Part shown: piece after piece, positions 9,200 to 17,723 of the stretch
How positions within the stretch are numbered: the first letter of the stretch is position 1
Layout of the letters: each line of letters opens with the position of its first letter
From: Bacteroidota bacterium
GTDB lineage: Bacteria > Bacteroidota > Bacteroidia > Chitinophagales > JADIYW01
Direction of reading: 5' to 3'
Assembly: GCA_020436225.1 (NCBI GenBank)
Contig: JAGQYE010000007.1
Coordinates: 24,385-88,384, forward strand
Length of the DNA: 64,000 bases
Program-made: the position numbers and the translations under genes
Notes under the pieces: model-generated
The model's database searches: none
The model's input: the letters and a program-made list of their open reading frames with translations, nothing else
What the model was told of the DNA's origin: nothing

Positions 9200-10168
9200 T
9201 TAAATTGAATTCAAACTATCAAAAGAAGCTAATTCTAAATAAGGAGGCACATCGGCTGCTGAATCGTGTACGAATTTTTTCAAAATTCTATTTTTATACA
9301 CCAAAAATATGCCGGGCATTTGGAAAATATCCGCTTCATCAATCTTCCTTCCAAAATTTCTTTTCGTAAACCAAAGATATATGCTTCGCATCCAAACTTT
9401 CCAGCCAAAAACCTGTAACAATGTTCCTCTTTTTAAATGGAAACCTTTATATAAGAAGGATTCTCTATCGGAAATTGAGCTTAAATCATCTAAGTCATAT
9501 TTCTTCAATTCTTGTTCTGCGACATTTGGACAATGCATGTGTACCAAAATAATTTTTGTTCCTTTTGTTTCAATTTTTGGTCTGATATTTTTTATCATTT
9601 CCAAGGTTTCGCAACAAAATGTACATCCAAAATATCGCAAGAAAATTAATAATACAGGCTGTTTTTCAGTCAACTCACTAAGATTTTCTCCATGATTTGT
9701 TTCATATAAAGAAGTCAATTCTGCAATATCAAATTTATGAAGATGAATCATCTCGTTATCTAACAAGTACACATGTTTATAAGCATTATACAAAATAACG
9801 GCAAAAGGCAACAACCAAAAAAGATGATTAGTCAACACCATATTAAACACAACCAAAGGTTCGTCGCCATTTATAAAATAGAAAAGAAAACCAATAACTA
9901 TGGAAACTTTCGCAATAAAACTCATCAACACCACTCTCCAATGACGTAATGGATTAGATGCTGCGAATAAAAAGCCAATACCAAAAATTGATTCGTATAA
10001 TCCGATAAGTTGCCAAATTTGCTTATAATTCGGATGTTGCATTGAACCTAAATCGAACCAAAAACAAGGAAAGAAAATCACCGACAACCCCCAAAGAATA
10101 TGGTACAAGCCGGCGATATACAACACTGCTTTAAACCAAATGGTATCTTTTGAGGAAATTAAATTCAT
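9200..10168 (-). CDS. Membrane protein fused to a thioredoxin-fold (AhpC/TSA-like, CxxC) domain
   Basis: 322 aa. The N-terminal ~130 aa has about 4 hydrophobic helices. The C-terminal domain carries FGCTFCCE (a CxxC in the position typical of peroxiredoxin-like/redoxin proteins). Confidence 0.55.
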   Translation of the reverse strand: MNLISSKDTIWFKAVLYIAGLYHILWGLSVIFFPCFWFDLGSMQHPNYKQIWQLIGLYESIFGIGFLFAASNPLRHWRVVLMSFIAKVSIVIGFLFYFINGDEPLVVFNMVLTNHLFWLLPFAVILYNAYKHVYLLDNEMIHLHKFDIAELTSLYETNHGENLSELTEKQPVLLIFLRYFGCTFCCETLEMIKNIRPKIETKGTKIILVHMHCPNVAEQELKKYDLDDLSSISDRESFLYKGFHLKRGTLLQVFGWKVWMRSIYLWFTKRNFGRKIDEADIFQMPGIFLVYKNRILKKFVHDSAADVPPYLELASFDSLNSI

Positions 10169-10239
10169 AACAACTTTTAACTATTTTTATTAACGAATGG
10201 AAATGAAAAAGGTTTAGTTGCTGTTTTATTTATAATTAA

Positions 10240-11517
10240 TCAAGATAAAAGCTTTAGCTGTAATTCATTTTCAGGTTGATAAAATGCAAAAGCAGAAAAT
10301 CCTTTCGCTTTTAAATCATCCAATTGTTTTTTTGTATTTTTTATCTGGATTTCAACAGATACAATATTGCCTTTCGCTTTTAGAGCATCAACTTTAGCAT
10401 ACAAATCACTTAAATGTTGTGACGCATCCAACTTATATAATATAGCAATTTTCTGTTGGGTTTCAGGAATGGTAAATCCTTGTTCTTCCAAAATAGAAAG
10501 CACGCGCTCAAAGCCTATCGAAAAACCACAAGCCGGAATTTGTTCATCGCTTCCTAAAATTTTTGCAATCATTTTATTATATCTTCCACCACCGGCAATA
10601 GAACTGCGATAACCATCCATGCCAATTTCAAAAATTTGACCGGTATAATAACCCATTCCTCGCACCAATGAAACATCCAACTGTATTTTATATTCTTGAT
10701 TGGAAACAGAACGAATAGTATCTATTACCATTTGCAAATCGTGGATTACATTTTCAGGAATTTCAGGCAAAAGTGTTTTAAGACTTTCAATAGAAAAATC
10801 TATTTGTGTTGTTTGTTTTATTAAAGAAATAAATTGTTGAATGGCATCTGTAGAAAATTGTGCTTGTTCTAATTCTTGTTGAACGCCATCAATTCCGATT
10901 TTATCTAACTTATCAAAAATGATAAAAACCTTTTCGAATTGTGCAGTTTCAAAACCGCAATGTGAAGCTAAACTTTCCAAGATTCTTCTATCATTTACTC
11001 GAATAGTAAAATTGGAAAAGCCTAAAGTTTTTAATGTACCTGAAGTAGCTAAAATTAATTGGGTTTCTGCCAAAACATTATCGATACCAATAATATCAAT
11101 ATCGCATTGTGTAAATTGACGAAAACGGCCTTTTTGCGGTCGTTCTGCGCGCCAAACATTGCCCACTTGAATGGTTTTAAAATGTGCAGGTAATTTAGTT
11201 TTATTGTTGGCATAGAATCGGCACAACGGAACAGTTAAATCGTAACGCAAGCCTAAATCGGCTAAATCATTTTCTGATGAATTGGCTTCTATTTTCAACT
11301 TCTCGCCTCTTTTCAAAATCTTGAACAGCATTTTTTCGTTATCGCCTCCATCTCCACTGGTTAAAAACTGAATGCGTTCTACACAAGGCGTTTCAATTTG
11401 CTCAAAGCCGAATTGTCTGTATGATTCAATAATTTTATTCGTCAGATATCTTCTTAATTCTACATCTTTCGGTGAAAAATCGCGCATGCCTTCTGCCGGA
11501 TTAGTATTCATGTTCAT
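10240..11517 (-). CDS. hisS: Histidine--tRNA ligase
   Basis: 425 aa with class II aaRS motifs (GMRDF, the RYDLTVP region, GGGRY) and a C-terminal anticodon-binding-like domain. Confidence 0.88.
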   Translation of the reverse strand: MNMNTNPAEGMRDFSPKDVELRRYLTNKIIESYRQFGFEQIETPCVERIQFLTSGDGGDNEKMLFKILKRGEKLKIEANSSENDLADLGLRYDLTVPLCRFYANNKTKLPAHFKTIQVGNVWRAERPQKGRFRQFTQCDIDIIGIDNVLAETQLILATSGTLKTLGFSNFTIRVNDRRILESLASHCGFETAQFEKVFIIFDKLDKIGIDGVQQELEQAQFSTDAIQQFISLIKQTTQIDFSIESLKTLLPEIPENVIHDLQMVIDTIRSVSNQEYKIQLDVSLVRGMGYYTGQIFEIGMDGYRSSIAGGGRYNKMIAKILGSDEQIPACGFSIGFERVLSILEEQGFTIPETQQKIAILYKLDASQHLSDLYAKVDALKAKGNIVSVEIQIKNTKKQLDDLKAKGFSAFAFYQPENELQLKLLS

Positions 11518-11525
11518 ATTTATGT

Positions 11526-12083
11526 TTAATATTTTATTTCCACTTCCGAATTAAAATCGCGCATCCAAAAAGATTTTTGTGTAGAATTTATTTTAAAAGA
11601 ATGAAATGGATAATAGTAAATTTTTTGATCGTTTGAAAACAATACAGAAGCAATTCTTTTTTCAATTTCTATAGAAATAATTTTTTCTTGTTGAATAGAA
11701 TCGAATTGAAGAATCATTTTTTTAATTGGAATTTTTGATGACAAAGAGATATAAGAAATACGATGCAACAATGAATCATTTTGAACTAAGAATTTATTTT
11801 GCCAATCTGTTTTGTTGATATCACATTCTAACAACAATTGCATTTCTTCTTGCCAATCTACTTTATCCAATTGCTTTGTTTCTGATTTTCCATTAATAGT
11901 TATTGATTTGATTTCTGTTTTTTGCAGTTTATTATTGCTGTCAATATCTGCTTGAACCAAATGTTTCAAATCAAAATAAACCTTAGACGATGCATTATTT
12001 TGATGTTCATTTTTTTGAGAACAAGCATAAATCAATATCAGACAAAAAACAGGAATTATATATTTCAATTGAGTAGATTTCAT
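11526..12083 (-). CDS. Hypothetical lipoprotein
   Basis: The start is set at MKSTQLKYIIPVFCLILIYAC (lipobox-like IYAC), which removes the overlap with gpmI. No recognisable domain was found. It lies between gpmI and hisS in the same orientation. Confidence 0.45.
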   Translation of the reverse strand: MKSTQLKYIIPVFCLILIYACSQKNEHQNNASSKVYFDLKHLVQADIDSNNKLQKTEIKSITINGKSETKQLDKVDWQEEMQLLLECDINKTDWQNKFLVQNDSLLHRISYISLSSKIPIKKMILQFDSIQQEKIISIEIEKRIASVLFSNDQKIYYYPFHSFKINSTQKSFWMRDFNSEVEIKY

Positions 12084-12087
12084 TAGT

Positions 12088-13614
12088 TTAAAACAAAGGT
12101 GTGCCATCCATTTCTTTGGGAATTTCCAACTGCATCATCTTCAAAATACTTGGCGCAATGTCGGCTAATCTTCCGGGTTGCATAGTCGATTTAAAGAAAT
12201 TACTAATTAAAAATAATGGAACAATATTTTTAGTATGTGCTGTGTTCGGTGTGCCATCTTCATTTACGATATAATCGGCATTGCCATGGTCGGCTGTTAA
12301 AAAAATAGCGTAATCTTTTTCTAATGCTTTCTGTATTACTTGTTGCACACAAGCATCTACAGTTTCTGCAGCTTTAACGGCAGCACTAAATACGCCTGTA
12401 TGGCCGACCATATCGGTGTTGGCAAAATTCAAGCAAATAAAATGCGGTTCTTTTTTTTCTATAAAATCAATAACGGCATCTTTAATTTCATAGGCACTCA
12501 TTTCCGGTTGTAAATCGTAGGTGGCTACTTTCGGCGATGGAATCATAATACGTTCTTCGCCATCAAAAGTTTCCTCTCTTCCGCCTGAAAAAAAGAAAGT
12601 AACATGCGGATATTTTTCAGTTTCAGCAATACGTAATTGTGTCAAACCATTTTTAGAAATTACTTCGCCTAAAGAGTTTTGAATATTTTCTTTCTCAAAT
12701 ATGGATCTAACATTTTTGAAAGTCGCATCATAAACAGTCATCGTTACGTAATACAATGGCAAGGTTTTCATTCCATGTTCAGGCATTGCTTTTTGCGTTA
12801 GCACTGTTGTAATTTCTCGACATCTATCGGTTCTGAAATTAAAACAAATTACCACATCATCTTCTTGAATCGTTGCAATCGGATTATTCTTTTCATCAAC
12901 AATTACAATCGGTACAATAAATTCATCAGTTACATTTTTTTCATACGATGCTTTAATTCCTTCTATCGGGTTTTGAAAAGTAATTCCCTTTCCTTCAGTT
13001 AATAAATCGTATGCCAACTTTATTCTTTCCCAACGTTTATCTCTATCCATCGCATAATAACGACCACAAACTGATGCTATTTTGGTTGATGAATTGGAAC
13101 AATATTCTTGCAAATCATTTATAAATCCTAATCCACTTTTCGGGTCAGTATCTCTGCCGTCCGTAAATGCGTGTACATAACTATTTTCAATGCCATTAGT
13201 TTGTGCAATTTTTATCAATGCTTTAAGATGATTGATATGCGAATGAATGCCGCCATCGGAAACCAAACCGATAAAATGCACGTTTTTGTTTTGTTGTTTT
13301 GCATATTTAAAGGCATTCAACAATTCTATATTTTGAGCTAATTCTCCATCCTTTACGCGTTTATTTATCAGCATTAAATCTTGATAAACTACACGTCCTG
13401 CGCCTAAGTTCATGTGTCCAACTTCCGAATTTCCCATTTGATCTTCCGGCAAACCAACAAATTCTCCATGTGTAAGCAAGCCAGTATTTGGATATTGAAG
13501 AAATAAACTATCTGTAAATGGTGTATTGGCAGCTTCTATAGCACTACTTTTCGGATTGTGATTTATGCCCCAACCATCCATAATTATCAACATTGCTTTC
13601 TGTTGTTTGCTCAC
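12088..13614 (-). CDS. gpmI: 2,3-bisphosphoglycerate-independent phosphoglycerate mutase
   Basis: 508 aa with iPGM hallmarks (IMDGWG, NSEVGHMNLGAGR, DGGIHSH, TADHGNAD). The apparent start is GTG. Confidence 0.93.
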   Translation of the reverse strand: MSKQQKAMLIIMDGWGINHNPKSSAIEAANTPFTDSLFLQYPNTGLLTHGEFVGLPEDQMGNSEVGHMNLGAGRVVYQDLMLINKRVKDGELAQNIELLNAFKYAKQQNKNVHFIGLVSDGGIHSHINHLKALIKIAQTNGIENSYVHAFTDGRDTDPKSGLGFINDLQEYCSNSSTKIASVCGRYYAMDRDKRWERIKLAYDLLTEGKGITFQNPIEGIKASYEKNVTDEFIVPIVIVDEKNNPIATIQEDDVVICFNFRTDRCREITTVLTQKAMPEHGMKTLPLYYVTMTVYDATFKNVRSIFEKENIQNSLGEVISKNGLTQLRIAETEKYPHVTFFFSGGREETFDGEERIMIPSPKVATYDLQPEMSAYEIKDAVIDFIEKKEPHFICLNFANTDMVGHTGVFSAAVKAAETVDACVQQVIQKALEKDYAIFLTADHGNADYIVNEDGTPNTAHTKNIVPLFLISNFFKSTMQPGRLADIAPSILKMMQLEIPKEMDGTPLF

Positions 13615-13699
13615 GATGTTAATTTTTATTAAAAAAAATTCTTTTTAAAACGTAATTTGGCACAAATTATGTGTTATTACAATACAAAAATACGACTTT

Positions 13700-14089
13700 A
13701 TGAAGGTTTTAAGAGTATTATTGATATTTATATTTAGTTTACTATTTAAAACAGGAAATAGTCAAGATATAATTACCACTTTACCATCAGCATTAAAAAG
13801 TGGAAATGCTAATGTTATTGCTAAAAATTTTGATAAACGTATTGATATCACTATCGATGAAAATGCTGATAATTACAGTAGTACTCAAGCAGAAGTTATA
13901 TTAAAAAACTTCTTAAATAAATTTAGTTCTCGACAATTTCAAATTATTCATCAAGGAACTTCTTCCGGAGCAGCTCAATATGCTATTGGAAATCTAAAAA
14001 CCAATTTAGGTTCTTACAGAACTTACGTTTATATTAGAAAAGTAAACAACATTCAATATATCCAAGAAATAAGATTTGAGAAAGAATAA
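13700..14089 (+). CDS. DUF4783-family secreted protein
   Basis: 129 aa with a signal peptide. The sequence looks like DUF4783 (NFDKRIDITI, SSTQAEVILKNFL). Confidence 0.55.
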   Translation: MKVLRVLLIFIFSLLFKTGNSQDIITTLPSALKSGNANVIAKNFDKRIDITIDENADNYSSTQAEVILKNFLNKFSSRQFQIIHQGTSSGAAQYAIGNLKTNLGSYRTYVYIRKVNNIQYIQEIRFEKE

Positions 14090-14104
14090 TTAGGACGATG
14101 TACT

Positions 14105-14112
14105 TATATTTG
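14105..14112 (+). promoter_or_regulatory. Candidate -7 box (TATATTTG) for nadC
   Basis: Exact TAnnTTTG match 19 nt upstream of the ATG at 14132. It sits in the loop of a 9-bp inverted repeat AATTAGGAC/GTCCTAATT (14088-14120). Confidence 0.4.
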
Positions 14113-14131
14113 TCCTAATTTATGCTCAAAC

Positions 14132-14983
14132 ATGATTAACCAAGAAGAACTCAACCAATTTATTGCATTAGCTTTACAGGAAGATGTACGCGAAGGCGAC
14201 CATTCTTCCTTAGCATCTATAGATAAAAACGCACAAGGAAAAGCTCGACTTTTAGTAAAAGACAATGGCATTTTATGTGGTTTAGATGTGGCCAAAGCTA
14301 TTTTTAATGCTGTAGATGCCGATTTAAAAATGGACATTCACATACAAGAAGGCAGTGCAATAAAATACGGCGATATTGCTTTTCATGTCGAAGGTTCAGC
14401 CATTTCTATTTTAACGGCTGAACGATTAGTGCTGAATTGTATGCAACGTATGTGTGGTATTGCAACTAAAACAAATGAATATGTAAAAGCCATTGAAGGC
14501 ACAACAGCCAAAGTGATTGATACCAGAAAAACAACTCCAAATCTTAGATTTTTAGAAAAATATGCTGTTACCGTTGGTGGTGGTTTTAATCATCGGTTTG
14601 GATTGTATGATATGATAATGCTAAAAGATAACCACATCGATTTTTGTGGTGGCATTACAAAAGCGATAAAAAAAGTACAAGCCTATTTACAAGCCAACAA
14701 TTTAGATTTGCGTATTGAAGTGGAAACACGAAAAATTGAAGATGTACAAGAAATTCTTTCTTGTGGTGGCATTCATAGAATTATGTTGGATAATTATACA
14801 CCTGAAAAAGTTAGAGAAGCGGTCGGACTCATCAACAAACAATATGAAACCGAAGCAAGCGGTGGCATTACATTAGACACCATTCGTTCGTATGCAGAAA
14901 CCGACGTCGATTTTATTTCTGTTGGTGCATTAACTCATTCTGTAAGAAGTTTAGATTTAAGCTTAAAAGCAGATATTCATTAA
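14132..14983 (+). CDS. nadC: Nicotinate-nucleotide pyrophosphorylase (carboxylating)
   Basis: 283 aa with typical QPRTase sequence (DTRKTTPNLR, GGGFNHRFGLYD, MLDN, SGG). Confidence 0.92.
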   Translation: MINQEELNQFIALALQEDVREGDHSSLASIDKNAQGKARLLVKDNGILCGLDVAKAIFNAVDADLKMDIHIQEGSAIKYGDIAFHVEGSAISILTAERLVLNCMQRMCGIATKTNEYVKAIEGTTAKVIDTRKTTPNLRFLEKYAVTVGGGFNHRFGLYDMIMLKDNHIDFCGGITKAIKKVQAYLQANNLDLRIEVETRKIEDVQEILSCGGIHRIMLDNYTPEKVREAVGLINKQYETEASGGITLDTIRSYAETDVDFISVGALTHSVRSLDLSLKADIH

Positions 14984-15010
14984 TTCATTTTTATTATCAT
15001 ATAAATCAAA

Positions 15011-15910
15011 ATGAAAAAGAAAGTTCGTTTTATTGTCAACCCAAAATCAGGAAGTAGATTTGGTGCTAAATTTTCTGAAAAATTAGTCAAACAAAATTTG
15101 GATTTAAACAAATTCGATTATGATATTTTCGTAACAAAATACGCAGGACATGCCATCAAAATAACACAGCAATCTTTAATAGAAAATGTCGATATCATTG
15201 CGGTTGCCGGCGGCGATGGCACACAAAATGAAGTTGGGCAAATGTTATTAAATAAGTCCATAACTATGGCAAGCATACCAACCGGATCAGGCAATGCCAA
15301 TGCACGTAAAATGAAAATTCCAATTGATGTTGCCAAGTCTATTCAACTAATTAATACAGGAAAAATTTTTAAAATTGATGCATTGATTTTAAACGGACAA
15401 CCATTTTTTATGTCGGCCGGAATTGGCTATGACGCTCGCGTGGTAGAACAATTCAACAAGTTGCCTTTTCGTGGCGTTGGAGCTTATTTAACAGGCATTT
15501 TATCGACGGCATTCACGTATAAGTTAGCGCATTATTCTATTCAAATTGATGATAAAGAACCTATAGAACGCGAAGCTTTTTCTGTGCTGGCAACTTCAAC
15601 CGGACAATTAGGTTATAATGTAGAATTTACCAAGAATAGTATTTTGAACGATGGGAAATTTGAAATTACTATCGTAAAAAATTTCGACAGAACCAAAGTG
15701 CCAAGTTTAATTTATGAAAGTTTCTTCGGCGATTTAGCTTCGCAAGATATGTTAGAAACGTATCAGGTACAAAAAAAATTGACTGTTCGAGTAGATAATA
15801 TTGAAAGCATACAAATGGACGGCGACTATAAAGGAAAAACAAATTACATTGAAGTAACTTGTCAAAAACAAGCACTCAATTTTTTGGTAGATAAAGATTT
15901 CAAACTTTAA
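15011..15910 (+). CDS. Diacylglycerol/lipid kinase family protein (YegS/BmrU-like)
   Basis: 299 aa with the GGDGT motif (VAGGDGTQNE) and a DAGK catalytic domain layout. Confidence 0.85.
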   Translation: MKKKVRFIVNPKSGSRFGAKFSEKLVKQNLDLNKFDYDIFVTKYAGHAIKITQQSLIENVDIIAVAGGDGTQNEVGQMLLNKSITMASIPTGSGNANARKMKIPIDVAKSIQLINTGKIFKIDALILNGQPFFMSAGIGYDARVVEQFNKLPFRGVGAYLTGILSTAFTYKLAHYSIQIDDKEPIEREAFSVLATSTGQLGYNVEFTKNSILNDGKFEITIVKNFDRTKVPSLIYESFFGDLASQDMLETYQVQKKLTVRVDNIESIQMDGDYKGKTNYIEVTCQKQALNFLVDKDFKL

Positions 15911-15922
15911 TTTTTTGGATTT

Positions 15923-16264
15923 ATGGAAGATTGGAAAAAGAAATTAAGTAGCAAAACCGTATATTCTACAAATCCAAATTTTGTTTTTGAATCAGAAGAA
16001 GAAGTTATTGAAACATTGCCAAAACACCAGCAAACATTATATGTTTCGATAGATAGAAAACAAAGAAAAGGAAAATCGGTAACACTAATTGAAGGTTTTG
16101 TAGGCAAAGAAACAGATTTAGAAACGTTGGCAAAATTGGTAAAAACAAAATGTGGCGTTGGTGGTTCTGCAAAAGATGGTGTTATTCTTATCCAAGGCGA
16201 ATTCAAACAAAAAATAAAAGAAATTTTAGAGAAAGAAACGTATAAAGTAAAACTGAAAGGTTAA
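15923..16264 (+). CDS. Translation initiation factor SUI1/YciH family
   Basis: 113 aa with a SUI1-type core (RKGKSVTLIEGF, KTKCGVGGS, IQGEF). Confidence 0.85.
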   Translation: MEDWKKKLSSKTVYSTNPNFVFESEEEVIETLPKHQQTLYVSIDRKQRKGKSVTLIEGFVGKETDLETLAKLVKTKCGVGGSAKDGVILIQGEFKQKIKEILEKETYKVKLKG

Positions 16265-16279
16265 TTTTCTACTTACTTG

Positions 16280-16798
16280 ATGACTTATTTTGAAATGAAT
16301 ATCCAAAATGAAATAGCGCAATTAAAATCTATTGCAAATAAAAATGCAAAAGCTTATCGAAAAACTATAAAGCAATTAAAATCATTAAAACCATTTGAAG
16401 TTGATGAATTATTTCACACGGCACACGAAGCTGTATTTTCAGAAATAGATTGCTTACAATGTGCCAACTGTTGCAAAACCACGCCGGCATTAATCAACGC
16501 TGAAGATATCAATAGAATAGCCAAACATCTTCAACTTTCTACCAAAGAATTTATTACAAAATATACCCAAAAAGATGACGATAACGACATCGTTTTCAAA
16601 CAAACACCTTGTGTATTTTTAAATGCTGATAATACGTGTTCTATTTACGAAGTGCGACCGTTTGCTTGTAAAGATTATCCGCATACACAACGTAAAAAAA
16701 TGCATCAAGTATTGGAATTAACCCTAAAAAATACAGAAATCTGTCCGGCAGTAAATCATATTTTAAAAAATATTGAAAGTAGTTTAGAAGTAATTTAG
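16280..16798 (+). CDS. YkgJ-family cysteine-cluster protein (UPF0153)
   Basis: Carries the CLQCANCC cluster plus downstream Cys residues (PCVFL, CSIY, FACKDYP). The ATG at 16280 is preferred over the TTG at 16277. Confidence 0.8.
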   Translation: MTYFEMNIQNEIAQLKSIANKNAKAYRKTIKQLKSLKPFEVDELFHTAHEAVFSEIDCLQCANCCKTTPALINAEDINRIAKHLQLSTKEFITKYTQKDDDNDIVFKQTPCVFLNADNTCSIYEVRPFACKDYPHTQRKKMHQVLELTLKNTEICPAVNHILKNIESSLEVI

Positions 16799-16826
16799 AA
16801 GAATAAGAATTGTTTATAATCAATAC

Positions 16827-17336
16827 TTACTTCGTAAACAACTTCAAAATTTTATCCCAAAACCAACTTTCTTCAGCTTTAAAAATACCTTCAATTAACC
16901 TATCTACATTTAACGCCAATTTATGGACATCGCCCACCATCTTTTGGAAATGCTTGGATTCTTCGTCTTTTTTATCTGTATCAATCTGCTTTATTTCATC
17001 TAATAATTTCAAAATCGGATCTAACTCTCTCGTTTTTCTGATTTTTGCAACTTGTTTAGCAATTTTCCAAACATCTTTCTCGCCCACAAAATAATCTCTT
17101 CTTTCTCCTTGTTTAAACACTTTGGATACCAAACTCCAATCTATCAATTCGCGAATATTCATATTGGCATTTCCACGAGAAATCGACAATTCTTCCATGA
17201 TTTCTTCTGTACTTAATGGTTCCTTTGAAAGCATCATTAAAGCGTGAATTTGCGCCATCGTTTTGTTAATTCCCCATTGAGAACCCAAGGCACCCCAAGC
17301 TTGAACAAATTTCTGTTTGGCTTCTTCTATTTGCAT
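16827..17336 (-). CDS. GbsR/MarR-family transcriptional regulator
   Basis: Has a winged-helix region (MAQIHALMMLSKEPLSTEEIMEELSISRGNANMNIRELIDWSLV) typical of Bacteroidota GbsR/MarR regulators. The ATG at 17336 is preferred over the TTG at 17345. Confidence 0.75.
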   Translation of the reverse strand: MQIEEAKQKFVQAWGALGSQWGINKTMAQIHALMMLSKEPLSTEEIMEELSISRGNANMNIRELIDWSLVSKVFKQGERRDYFVGEKDVWKIAKQVAKIRKTRELDPILKLLDEIKQIDTDKKDEESKHFQKMVGDVHKLALNVDRLIEGIFKAEESWFWDKILKLFTK

Positions 17337-17342
17337 AATAAG

Positions 17343-17350
17343 CAAATTTA
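17343..17350 (-). promoter_or_regulatory. Candidate -7 box (TAAATTTG) for the GbsR/MarR gene, 6 nt from the ATG
   Basis: Exact TAnnTTTG match on the minus strand. The sequence reads TAAATTTG-cttatt-ATG. Confidence 0.45.
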
Positions 17351-17376
17351 ATGAAATAGATTAAACTTTCAAAAAC

Positions 17377-17433
17377 CACTGAAAATTCATTGAAAACACA
17401 GAAAATTGACGAAAAATGAACGAATTCTCAGTG
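17377..17433. promoter_or_regulatory. Candidate operator: 12-nt inverted repeat enclosing helically phased GAAAA repeats
   Basis: CACTGAAAATTC (17377-17388) matches GAATTCTCAGTG (17422-17433) at 11 of 12 positions as an inverted repeat. GAAAA motifs start at 17381, 17392, 17401 and 17411 (spacing 11, 9, 10 nt). The element lies in the divergent region between the regulator gene and the candidate sRNA/dnaE. Confidence 0.3.
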
Positions 17434-17452
17434 AAACGCTACGAATACTAAT

Positions 17453-17460
17453 TATGTTTG
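17453..17460 (+). promoter_or_regulatory. Candidate -7 box (TATGTTTG) with no ORF downstream
   Basis: Exact TAnnTTTG match, about 110 nt upstream of a + strand intrinsic terminator and 264 nt upstream of the dnaE ATG. Confidence 0.3.
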
Positions 17461-17464
17461 ATTT

Positions 17465-17605
17465 ATATCAAATAAATAAATAAACTTGTGGTATCAATTT
17501 AACGGAAACCATTAAACTATGAAATTCCTTTCTTGATATCATCAAGAGTATTATAATTCTTAGTTGCGTGTAGCTCAGGTGCAAAGCCTGAGCATTTTTA
17601 TTTTG
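17465..17605 (+). ncRNA. Candidate small RNA or terminated dnaE leader (prediction only)
   Basis: Bounded by the -7 box at 17453-17460 and the terminator at 17573-17610. It contains an internal hairpin TCTTGAT-atc-ATCAAGA (17531-17547). No ORF of 60 aa or more is listed here in the six-frame track, and by hand I found only ATG ORFs of 5 and 11 codons in the 378-bp gap. Confidence 0.25.
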
Positions 17606-17610
17606 TTTTT
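17573..17610 (+). terminator. Orphan intrinsic terminator (+ strand) upstream of dnaE
   Basis: GCTCAGG-tgcaaag-CCTGAGC (7-bp stem, 5 GC pairs) followed by ATTTTTATTTTGTTTTT. There is no T-tract on the other strand, and no + strand gene lies upstream. Confidence 0.6.
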
Positions 17611-17723
17611 CAGTAAGTTACGATGTTGAAAAATAAATGCTTCTTTTTATTTCTATTTTGGTTTTGGCTACTGTAATTTTAAATACTTCAATTTTATTTT
17701 ACAATACAAAATTTATCTGAATT

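Noticed and set aside
13658-13663. TGGCAC sigma-54 -24 boxes at 13658-13663 and 39036-39041
   Set aside because: No TTGC-like -12 element lies 5 nt downstream (ATGT and TACA instead). These are better explained as part of the TTTG-GCA-CAAA back-to-back -7 palindrome.
14088-14120. Hairpin AATTAGGAC-N15-GTCCTAATT as a terminator of the DUF4783 gene
   Set aside because: The loop is large (15 nt) and AT-rich, no U-tract follows, and the loop contains the nadC -7 box. It is kept only as a note under that promoter.
17569-17595. tRNA-like TAGCTCAGG (D-arm-like) sequence
   Set aside because: No acceptor stem, anticodon arm or T-arm (GTTCGAATC-type) can be built around it. It is simply the 5' half of a terminator hairpin.
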